Below, one piece after another: positions 37,007 through 44,259 of a DNA stretch of 64,000 nt. Where the stretch lies: assembly GCA_964460855.1 (NCBI GenBank), contig CAYWQH010000008.1, positions 5,795-69,794 on the forward strand, written 5' to 3'. The translations under genes were made by a program, and so were the position numbers. Source of the stretch: an uncultured Candidatus Saccharibacteria bacterium. GTDB lineage: Bacteria > Patescibacteriota > Saccharimonadia > Saccharimonadales > UBA10212. Each line of letters starts with the position of its first letter. The first letter of the stretch is position 1. Below the pieces are notes generated by a model. The model did no database searches. It saw nothing but the letters and a program-made list of their open reading frames with translations, and was not told the origin of the DNA.

Positions 37007-37045
37007 ATTTTTGAACTAAAATCGAGTATAACAGAGCAGGTTGCT

Positions 37046-37486
37046 TTAGCTAAGCCTTCTGGCTTGCCTTTGTAAAACCAGTAAATAGGCGCCCAGTTCT
37101 TTCTGGCCGACCGATTTCAAGTAAAGTCTCAACTCACTGCGCAGCTGGCCTTCAATTGAGCTCACCAGCCTCAATCCTTTTGGCGTAATGACGGCGTATA
37201 TAATACGGCTGTCCTCCTCGTCATTTTGGCGACGGACATAATCGTTGCGCTCCAGCTCATTTAATAGCCTGGTGGCAATCGGCAGTTTAATATTCAGCAC
37301 CCGGGCAATTTGGGTTGGGGTTAGGCTTTGGGCCTCATTTAAAAAGCCCAAGAGCTTCCATTCCGAAAGGTTAATATGAAAGATCTTTAGTTGGTCCGTC
37401 ATGTACTTTTCGAAGGCCCGGTGGGCTTGGGACTCCAGCGCAGCCATAGCATATGAGGTCAATGAATTGGCCAAAGACTTAGTCAT
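37046..37486 (-). CDS. MarR-family transcriptional regulator
   Basis: 146 aa with wHTH LSEWKLLGFLNEAQSLTPTQIARVLNIKLPIATRLLNELERNDYVRRQNDEEDSRI. Confidence 0.85.
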   Translation of the reverse strand: MTKSLANSLTSYAMAALESQAHRAFEKYMTDQLKIFHINLSEWKLLGFLNEAQSLTPTQIARVLNIKLPIATRLLNELERNDYVRRQNDEEDSRIIYAVITPKGLRLVSSIEGQLRSELRLYLKSVGQKELGAYLLVLQRQARRLS

Positions 37487-37610
37487 GGCTTAATATTACG
37501 CCCGCTAAAAATAACTAGCAATGATAATAAAATTATATCTCTAAAACCAGTTGAAAATTTTTACTAAAACATGTCATTTAACGGATAAAAGAGTACAATA
37601 GAGCAAAAGC

Positions 37611-37967
37611 ATGAACGTACCGAGAAAATATTTACACAATCGGTTAATTTTGGGGCTGCTAACCATTTTAGCGGTCCTGCTGGTTATTGGCGTGGCGTCG
37701 GTTTTTTTGCGTTTTGACGCTTCTAAAAATCCAACGACTATCAGCACATACCGGCCTAATGTTTCCGGCAGCGGCCTGGTTAGCGGCAAGGCAATTGATA
37801 TATATGAGCTGGCAATTTTTATGATCGGCATCACGGCAGCTAACATCGTTTTAAGTATTAAGGTTTTTAATGTCCGCCATTATTTATCGGTATTCATCCT
37901 GGCTTCAACGGCTCTGCTGCTGGTTATTAGCATCATTGTTACAAATTCATTAATTTCTTTGCAGTAA
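37611..37967 (+). CDS. Small polytopic membrane protein
   Basis: 118 aa with about 3 TM helices. It is divergent from marR and lies immediately upstream of the GT2 gene. Confidence 0.55.
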   Translation: MNVPRKYLHNRLILGLLTILAVLLVIGVASVFLRFDASKNPTTISTYRPNVSGSGLVSGKAIDIYELAIFMIGITAANIVLSIKVFNVRHYLSVFILASTALLLVISIIVTNSLISLQ

Positions 37968-37971
37968 ACCC

Positions 37972-39558
37972 ATGAAATCCATCGAAATTCCGACTAAAGC
38001 CGAGAAGGACTGGCGCTACCGCCTGTTCGAAATTCTGCCCGGCACTTTAAGTTGGACAATCTTATTCTTGCCGCTGATTCTAAGCCAAATCAGCACCCGG
38101 ATAATCGCATACTTCGTTATCGCCTATCTGCTGCTGTGGTTCGTTAAGGCAGTGGGGTTGTCCTACCGGGCAATCCAGGGCGCCAGGGTATTGGATTTTC
38201 ACCGCAAACTGGACTGGTCGCGCCTCAATAATGACCTCGAAAGCTTGCATACGACGCTGCGCAAACCAGACTGGCACACCCACAACATCGCCCGCGTCAG
38301 CAATTTCGAGCCTGAAAGGATTATTAAACCAAGCGAAGTAATCCATATCGCCATGGTAGCTAACTATTCTGAAAAGCTCGAAGTAATGGAACCAACTATC
38401 CAATCGATACTGGCCAGCGATTATGACCCCAAGAAGATAATTTTGGTAATTGCCTACGAAGAGCGCGGCGGGCCAGAGATTGAAAAGCAGGACAATTATT
38501 TGATTAAGAAATATGGCAATAAATTCCTGTACGCCGCGGCTTATAAGCACCCCCGCGATACGCCAGGCGAGGTAAAAGGCAAGGGCGGCAACGTAACATA
38601 TGCCGGCCGACAAATCGAGAAATGGCTTAAAAAAGCTAAAATCGACCCGGCTAAAGTCCTGATTACCACTCTGGATTCAGATAACCGGCCCGATAAAAAA
38701 TACTTCGCGGCCCTTACGTACACTTTTTGCGTTACGGAATATCCAAAATATGTTTCCTACCAGCCGATTCCCATGTATCTAAATAATATCTGGGACGCCC
38801 CGGCGCCGATGAGGGTGATTGCTACCGGTAACTCGTTTTGGAATATCGTTTTGGCGCTCAGGCCCCACATGCTTCGCAATTTTTCGGCCCATGCCCAGCC
38901 AATGAACGCGCTAATCGAAACGGACTACTGGAGTGTCCGTACTATCGTAGAAGACGGCCACCAGTTCTGGCGTACTTATTTCCGGTTTGACGGCCGCCAC
39001 GATGTTTACCCCATATACGTGCCGATATACCAGGACGCCGTTCTGGCTACCGGGTACGTTCGGACTTTAAAGGCCCAGTTTATACAACTTCGCCGCTGGG
39101 CATATGGCGCGTCAGATATACCTTATGTTTTTTGCACCGGCTTTTTTAAGAAGAATAAAGTGCCCAAAATAGATTTAACGATGAAGTTTTTGCGCTTACT
39201 GGAAGGCCACTTGAGCTGGGCTACAGCGCCGTTAGTGCTGCTCATAGCGGCCTATATACCGCTTTTGATCCATCCCCGCAATTACGAAGCTAATCAGCTG
39301 CCGTATATAGCCAGCAGCCTGCAGCGGGTAGCGATGGCCGGTATTTTGGTAACTTTGTACTTGAGTTTACGCTTTTTGCCGCCTAAACCGGTACGTTACC
39401 GCCGCCACCGCACTTTATTTATGGTTATCCAGTGGATTTATCTGCCTATAACCACTATCGTTTATAACTCGTTTTCCGCTCTTTACTCCCAAACCAGGTT
39501 GATGCTGGGCAAATACCTGGAAAAATTCGACGTAACCGAAAAAGCCGTTAAGCGCTAA
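37972..39558 (+). CDS. Membrane-embedded processive family-2 glycosyltransferase (cellulose/chitin-synthase-like)
   Basis: N- and C-terminal TM bundles. DxD-like TLDSDN, and the Q(Q/R)xRW signature FIQLRRWAYGASD. Confidence 0.7.
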   Translation: MKSIEIPTKAEKDWRYRLFEILPGTLSWTILFLPLILSQISTRIIAYFVIAYLLLWFVKAVGLSYRAIQGARVLDFHRKLDWSRLNNDLESLHTTLRKPDWHTHNIARVSNFEPERIIKPSEVIHIAMVANYSEKLEVMEPTIQSILASDYDPKKIILVIAYEERGGPEIEKQDNYLIKKYGNKFLYAAAYKHPRDTPGEVKGKGGNVTYAGRQIEKWLKKAKIDPAKVLITTLDSDNRPDKKYFAALTYTFCVTEYPKYVSYQPIPMYLNNIWDAPAPMRVIATGNSFWNIVLALRPHMLRNFSAHAQPMNALIETDYWSVRTIVEDGHQFWRTYFRFDGRHDVYPIYVPIYQDAVLATGYVRTLKAQFIQLRRWAYGASDIPYVFCTGFFKKNKVPKIDLTMKFLRLLEGHLSWATAPLVLLIAAYIPLLIHPRNYEANQLPYIASSLQRVAMAGILVTLYLSLRFLPPKPVRYRRHRTLFMVIQWIYLPITTIVYNSFSALYSQTRLMLGKYLEKFDVTEKAVKR

Positions 39559-39982
39559 GTTTTATCTGGCGGTCCAGAAGTTCTTCGTGGGCCAATACAT
39601 ATCTTAAATGTGCCGCGCGGTTATATTGCTTTAATACTTTTGCAGCCGTTATGGCAATCTGTTGGGAAGTTACAGATGCTTGTTTACCAATAAGGCATTT
39701 ATTTACTACCGTATGAGCTAACTCAGAAGCCGCCAGGCAGCTTTTAACGTCTTTTTTGGCCAATGACCCAAGTAAACTGGCTTCCAGTTTTAAGCGGCTG
39801 AAAGGGGCTAACTGGTTGTCTTGGCCGGCAACTAAATAACTGGCCTGGGAATCTATGGCTTCAACAGAGGTAAATACGGCCTGGCAAACCAGACAGGCCC
39901 GGCGTCGCCAAACGCTGTTGCTCCGGCTTTGCTTCCGGGAGTTGGTTACCTTTGTGCGGCCCGCACAATATGCACATACCAT
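39548..39982 (-). CDS. nrdR: Transcriptional repressor NrdR (zinc ribbon + ATP-cone)
   Basis: MVCAYCAGRTKVTNSRKQSRSNSVWRRRACLVCQAVFTSVE (CxxC...CxxC). An ATP-cone-like remainder (APFSRLKLEASLLGSL ... AAHLRYVLAHEEL) is alignable to E. coli NrdR from memory. Confidence 0.8.
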   Translation of the reverse strand: MVCAYCAGRTKVTNSRKQSRSNSVWRRRACLVCQAVFTSVEAIDSQASYLVAGQDNQLAPFSRLKLEASLLGSLAKKDVKSCLAASELAHTVVNKCLIGKQASVTSQQIAITAAKVLKQYNRAAHLRYVLAHEELLDRQIKLSA

Positions 39983-39999
39983 GTCAATATATTGACATG
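39980..39999. promoter_or_regulatory. Perfect 20-bp palindrome with NrdR-box-like core overlapping the nrdR start codon
   Basis: catgtCAATATATTGacatg. The core CAATATATTG matches the published NrdR-box core CwAtATaTwG. The cat at 39980-82 is the complement of the nrdR ATG. Confidence 0.5.
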
Positions 40000-40014
40000 A
40001 CGCTAAACAAAAAG

Positions 40015-40044
40015 CTAGTGGATAAAAATTTCGGAAAGTGGATA
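40015..40044 (-). promoter_or_regulatory. Two inverted-orientation copies of TATCCACT(AG) / TTATCCACT, DnaA-box-like, in the nrdR upstream region
   Basis: ctagtggata (40015-40024) is the reverse complement of tatccactag. agtggata (40037-40044) is a second copy. Both read TTATCCACT on the minus strand, with starts ~20-22 bp apart. Confidence 0.4.
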
Positions 40045-40050
40045 ACCGGC

Positions 40051-40082
40051 AACATAAAAGTCCCGCAACAGAGCTGCGGGAC
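40051..40082 (-). terminator. Rho-independent terminator (minus strand) after the small ORF
   Basis: The minus strand reads gtcccgca-gctctgt-tgcgggac followed by cttttatgtt. It begins 18 nt after the stop of 40100..40210. Confidence 0.65.
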
Positions 40083-40099
40083 CTTATGTAAACTTCTTT

Positions 40100-40210
40100 C
40101 TAAGCTGCTTGCCTTAGCCGCTTGATGCGGCCGGGGCGAGACTTGGAAGAGGCAACCTCTTCATAAAACAACTTGAAAGTAGCAAGTGAACTGCCTTTTG
40201 TAGTACTCAC
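40100..40210 (-). CDS. Unannotated 36-aa basic small protein (below the ORF-track size cutoff)
   Basis: GTG start with SD gaggt 5 nt upstream. Translation is MSTTKGSSLATFKLFYEEVASSKSRPGRIKRLRQAA. It is followed by its own intrinsic terminator. No family recognised. Confidence 0.4.
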   Translation of the reverse strand: MSTTKGSSLATFKLFYEEVASSKSRPGRIKRLRQAA

Positions 40211-40285
40211 TTATTACCTCACGTTAACCCGGTTATGTTAACAGAAAATAGTAAAAAAGTCAAGGTTACTGTTACAATACTATGA

Positions 40286-41365
40286 ATGTCCGACCCCTGT
40301 TATGAATTGATTAAACAGCTTAACGGCCACCGTAGTGGCCGCCTTCGCACCCGCGCCGGAACGGTTAATACGCCGGTATTTATGCCGGTGGGTACCCGGG
40401 GCGCGGTAAAAAGCCTGGACCCCGAGTACCTTAGCCAAGTTAAATCGCAGATTATCCTGGGTAACACCTATCATTTACACCTGCAGCCTGGCGAAGCGAC
40501 TATCCGGAAGCTAGGCGGGCTACACCGCTTTATGAATTGGGCGGGCCCGATATTAACCGACTCAGGCGGCTTCCAGGTATTTTCGCTGGCTAATATCCGG
40601 ACTATTACCGAAGAAGGTGTAACCTTTAAAGACCCGATATCCGGCGCTAAAATTCTAATTACTCCCGAGATATCGGTGCAAATCCAAATTAAATTGGATT
40701 CAGATATTATTATGGCCTTTGACGATTTGACGGGCTTAGGCGAAAAAGATAAGGCCCGTACTAAAGAGGCAGTCGAAAGGACTCACCGCTGGCTGGAGCG
40801 GTCCGTCGCCGAATTTAAAAGGTTAACCAAAAAAACAAACAAAGCACAGCGGCCGTTGATATTTGGAATAGCCCAGGGCGGTTTAGATATTGGTTTACGC
40901 CAAAAAAGCATAGAATACGTGGCGCAGCAGCCAGTAGACGGCCTGGCGATTGGCGGCTTATCGGTAGGTGAGACCCGCGGCGAAATGCATCATGTTTTAA
41001 GGGAGCTTGCCCCCTTATATCCGAATCATTTACCAAGGTACCTAATGGGCGTAGGTGAGCCCGCTGATATGAGGTTTGCTATGGAGCACGGTATAGATAT
41101 GATGGATTGCGTTCTGCCTACCCGTAATGCCCGCCACGCTACAGCCTGGATAACAGGTGACAAGAAGATCCATTTAACTAATGCCAAGTATATTTCTGAT
41201 AAAAGCCCGGTTGATAAAGCCTGCGATTGCCAAACTTGCGTAAGAGGGTTTAGCAAAGGGTACTTGAGGCACTTATTTAAGGTGAATGATCCGCTGGCCG
41301 GCAGTCTGGTGTCGGTACACAATATCAGGTATTTGAATAGGATAACGGAAGAGTATAGGGGCTAG
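40286..41365 (+). CDS. tgt: Queuine tRNA-ribosyltransferase (tRNA-guanine transglycosylase)
   Basis: TPVFMPVGTRGAVKSL, ILTDSGGFQVFSL, LAIGGLSVGE, the Zn site CDCQTC, and VHNIRYL. Confidence 0.9.
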   Translation: MSDPCYELIKQLNGHRSGRLRTRAGTVNTPVFMPVGTRGAVKSLDPEYLSQVKSQIILGNTYHLHLQPGEATIRKLGGLHRFMNWAGPILTDSGGFQVFSLANIRTITEEGVTFKDPISGAKILITPEISVQIQIKLDSDIIMAFDDLTGLGEKDKARTKEAVERTHRWLERSVAEFKRLTKKTNKAQRPLIFGIAQGGLDIGLRQKSIEYVAQQPVDGLAIGGLSVGETRGEMHHVLRELAPLYPNHLPRYLMGVGEPADMRFAMEHGIDMMDCVLPTRNARHATAWITGDKKIHLTNAKYISDKSPVDKACDCQTCVRGFSKGYLRHLFKVNDPLAGSLVSVHNIRYLNRITEEYRG

Positions 41366-41400
41366 TTCGGGCCCTTCGACTCGCAGCCTTCCGGCTGCTC
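41361..41400. repeat. tRNA-trailing structured repeat, partial copy d
   Basis: gctagttcgggcccttcgactcgcagccttccggctgctc has the same 5' core as copies a-c. Its hairpin stem is gcagcc/ggctgc. It starts at the tgt stop codon. Confidence 0.6.
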
Positions 41401-41629
41401 AAATTAAATAGAATTAGCCAGTTTTGGGCGAACCATAAATTTGACCCACGAGTATTTTGACTGACGTAAAAATCTCGCGGGCCCGCCTCGCGGCGCTCGC
41501 CTTTCGCCCCTGTTAGGGGCTCAAACTCGCGCAACGCTGCGGCTGTTCAAATCCCACGCGAGCCAAGCAGTTGGCTCGCTTCCGCGCCCAGCCAAGAAAA
41601 TAGCCCACTTTATGAGTGAGCTATTTTCT

Positions 41630-41706
41630 TGGTGGGCGCGGAGGGATTTGAACCCCCGACTTTCACAACGTCAATGTGACGCTCTAGCCAACTGAGCTAC
41701 GCGCCC
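41630..41706 (-). tRNA. tRNA-Val (anticodon GAC), CCA encoded
   Basis: Reverse complement gggcgcgtagctcagttggctagagcgtcacattGACgttgtgaaagtcgggggttcaaatccctccgcgcccacca. Confidence 0.9.
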
Positions 41707-41839
41707 ATAAAGGCGGGCTAGAGCTATACTAAACCACCATAAGTTAAATCGCAAATAACTCATATGCGGTATATACCAAATAGACCACAAAAACCAATAA
41801 AAAACTACTAGCATTTTAATACTAGTCTATATATACTCA

Positions 41840-42077
41840 TGTGCAAGGTAGAGTTTTGCGATGTGTTATACTTATCGCTAGTAAGCGATGAAGTGGATTC
41901 ACCAACCATTGAGCTTCGTTGGCGGTGGTAGCGTACGAAAACGCGGCCTCACGAGTGTCCTCAAAAAACGACAGGGGAAAGTCCGGTGGAACCGCCCGTG
42001 CGGCCGCACATTGTGCGACACGGGTCCGAGACGCGCCAGAAAAGACATTTGATAATGTTTTTTCTAGCGCGTTTTTT
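41840..42077 (+). promoter_or_regulatory. Structured thrS 5' leader with T-box-like motif and intrinsic terminator (attenuator); possible Thr T-box riboswitch
   Basis: tccGGTGGAACCGCC (41981-41995) resembles the T-box core GGGUGGUACCGCG. Its UGGA would pair with the U73-CCA end of the tRNA-Thr in this window. A candidate specifier ACC-A lies at 41900. An 18-bp stem (42032-42071) plus TTTTTT sits just before the thrS RBS. Confidence 0.4.
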
Positions 42078-42100
42078 GTTAGATGAGCAGGAGTAACCAT

Positions 42101-43921
42101 ATGGCAGACACAAGTGACCCATTATATAAGCAGCGCCACAGCCTGGCGCACTTAACTGCCGCTGCGGTGCAGCGATTGTGGCCGCAGGCTAAGTTTGGCG
42201 TCGGTCCGGTCATTGATAACGGCTTTTATTACGACATCGATTTAGGTGATAAAACCCTTTCGGAAGAGGATTTGCCAGCCATAGAATCTGAAATCCAAAA
42301 GCTTATCCAGGATAATATAACTGTCGAGCAGTTTGATAAGCCCATTGATGAAGCGATCGAGTGGGCAAAAGCCTCAAACCAGCCCTATAAGCAGGAGCTA
42401 TTAAATGATTTAAAACGGTCCGGCACCACAGCCGCCAAAGACATTAACCCAGACGATTTAGGAGTAGCCAGCCAGGGCGAGGGCCAAATAGCTAGTGTAA
42501 GTTTTTATAAAATTGGTGAATTTACAGATTTATGCCGCGGCCCGCATGTTAGCAATAGTAGAGATGCGGGGGTATTTAAGCTCACCAAAGTAGCTGGTGC
42601 ATATTGGCGGGGCAACGAAAAGAATCCGCAAATGCAGCGCATTTACGGCGTCGGTTTCGCCAGCCAGCAAGACTTAGATAATTATTTACACCTACAAGAA
42701 GAGGCCAAAGCCCGTGACCACCGTAAAGTGGGCCGCGAGCTGGATCTTTTTACTTTTTCAGACCTGGTTGGCTCTGGCTTGCCATTATGGACGCCGCGCG
42801 GCACGATACTTAAAGACAAGCTAAACGGCCTGTCCCAACAACTGCGCCGGGATGTCGGCTACCAAGCTGTAACCATCCCATATTTAACTAAGCCGGACCT
42901 CTATAAAACCTCCGGGCACTGGGATAAGTTCGGCGACGAATTATTCCTGGTTGAGAGCCAGGAAACTTCCGACAGCTTCGTGCTTAAACCGATGAATTGC
43001 CCGCATCATACCCAAATTTACGCTTCCCAGCCACGCAGCTATAAGGAACTTCCTATCCGTTATATGGAAACTACCGGGCAGTACCGCGACGAAAAAACCG
43101 GTGAACTGCACGGGTTGTCGCGAGTTCGGTCGATTACGATTGATGATTGCCATGCTTTTTGCCGGGAAGAACAGATAGAGCAGGTCGCCAACGAATTAAT
43201 CGAAAAAGCGCTATATATATATGAACAAGTCGGTATGAAGCTTCGCTTTAGGCTTTCATTCCGGGACGACGGCGAAGGCTATCTGGGCGACAAGGCCCTT
43301 TGGGATAAAGCCCAGGCTATTATTGAGCAATTAGCCAAAGACAATAAGCTGGATTATTTCGTTGCCCCAGGCGAAGCGGCATTTTATGGCCCAAAAATAG
43401 ACTATATTGCAGAAGATTCTTTGGGCCGCGAATGGCAGCTGGCCACCGTCCAAGTAGATTTTGTACAGCCCGAGCGCTTTGGGTTGGAATATACCGACGA
43501 AAATGGCCAAGCCAAGCGACCGGTAATGATTCATTCGGCATTGCTTGGTTCGGCTGAGCGCTTTTTAAGTGTTTATATCGAGCATACTTCTGGCTGGTTC
43601 CCGTTTTGGATGGCGCCCGAACAGGTACGGATATTAAGCATCAACGACTCTGTCGAGGGCTATATCGATGAAATCGAAGCGGTGTTGCGGGGTATCGTAC
43701 TCGATAAACCCCTTAAATATAATGAATTGCGCTATAGTATCGACAGCCGCAACGAATCTCTAGGTAAAAAAATCAAGGAAGCATCAGCTTATAAAATTCC
43801 GGTCCAGCTGATTATTGGCCCTAAAGATGTCGAAGCCCGACAAATTAGTATACGCTTAAAAGATAAAGAAGAAAAAATACCTTTCGACGAGCTGAAAAGC
43901 TATATTGAGAACCACCAGTAA
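42101..43921 (+). CDS. thrS: Threonine--tRNA ligase (no N-terminal TGS domain)
   Basis: The ATG at 42101 follows RBS gcaggag by 7 nt; the track start is 42083. It begins directly in the editing/SAD domain (RHSLAHLTAAAVQRLWPQAKFGVGPVIDNGFYYD). Class II motifs and an anticodon-binding C-terminus are present. Confidence 0.9.
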   Translation: MADTSDPLYKQRHSLAHLTAAAVQRLWPQAKFGVGPVIDNGFYYDIDLGDKTLSEEDLPAIESEIQKLIQDNITVEQFDKPIDEAIEWAKASNQPYKQELLNDLKRSGTTAAKDINPDDLGVASQGEGQIASVSFYKIGEFTDLCRGPHVSNSRDAGVFKLTKVAGAYWRGNEKNPQMQRIYGVGFASQQDLDNYLHLQEEAKARDHRKVGRELDLFTFSDLVGSGLPLWTPRGTILKDKLNGLSQQLRRDVGYQAVTIPYLTKPDLYKTSGHWDKFGDELFLVESQETSDSFVLKPMNCPHHTQIYASQPRSYKELPIRYMETTGQYRDEKTGELHGLSRVRSITIDDCHAFCREEQIEQVANELIEKALYIYEQVGMKLRFRLSFRDDGEGYLGDKALWDKAQAIIEQLAKDNKLDYFVAPGEAAFYGPKIDYIAEDSLGREWQLATVQVDFVQPERFGLEYTDENGQAKRPVMIHSALLGSAERFLSVYIEHTSGWFPFWMAPEQVRILSINDSVEGYIDEIEAVLRGIVLDKPLKYNELRYSIDSRNESLGKKIKEASAYKIPVQLIIGPKDVEARQISIRLKDKEEKIPFDELKSYIENHQ

Positions 43922-44259
43922 TGCCGCGCGTCGATGAAGATTTTAAGGATAAGGTATATAGTTTTGTGGCCCAAATTCCCAAGGGCAGGCTAATGACTTA
44001 CGGACAGCTGGCAGCCCTGGCCGGGGCCGCCTGGGCGGCTTGGGAAGTCGGGCAAATCGCCCATACCGGGCCGGCGGATTTGCCATGGCAGCGGGTAGTT
44101 AATAAAAAAGGCGGGCTGGCCAGCGGCTATCCCGGCGGGCGTGAAGGCCACCGCCAAGCCCTTTTAAAGGAAGGGATACAGGTAGGCGAGGACGACACCG
44201 TAGAAGTTGAGAGGTTATTATGGTGGCCAGAAAGTCACGGACCCAACAAGTTATTGTAA
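43921..44259 (+). CDS. Alkyltransferase-like protein (MGMT DNA-binding domain, catalytic Cys replaced by Trp)
   Basis: MTYGQLAALAG helix, and LPWQRVV in place of the canonical PCHRVV (Trp56 codon tgg at 44086-88). Confidence 0.7.
   Translation: MPRVDEDFKDKVYSFVAQIPKGRLMTYGQLAALAGAAWAAWEVGQIAHTGPADLPWQRVVNKKGGLASGYPGGREGHRQALLKEGIQVGEDDTVEVERLLWWPESHGPNKLL

Noticed and set aside
39963-39978. Second NrdR box (gcacaatatgcacata) forming a tandem pair with the palindrome at 39980.
   Set aside because: Only the left half-site matches the consensus, and the centre-to-centre distance (~18 bp) is not the ~31-32 bp typical of tandem NrdR boxes. It also lies inside the nrdR coding sequence.
41325-41534. 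69-aa minus-strand ORF downstream of tgt.
   Set aside because: It spans a repeat copy and GC-rich hairpins, has no RBS, and is Arg/Ser-rich low complexity. It is treated as noncoding.
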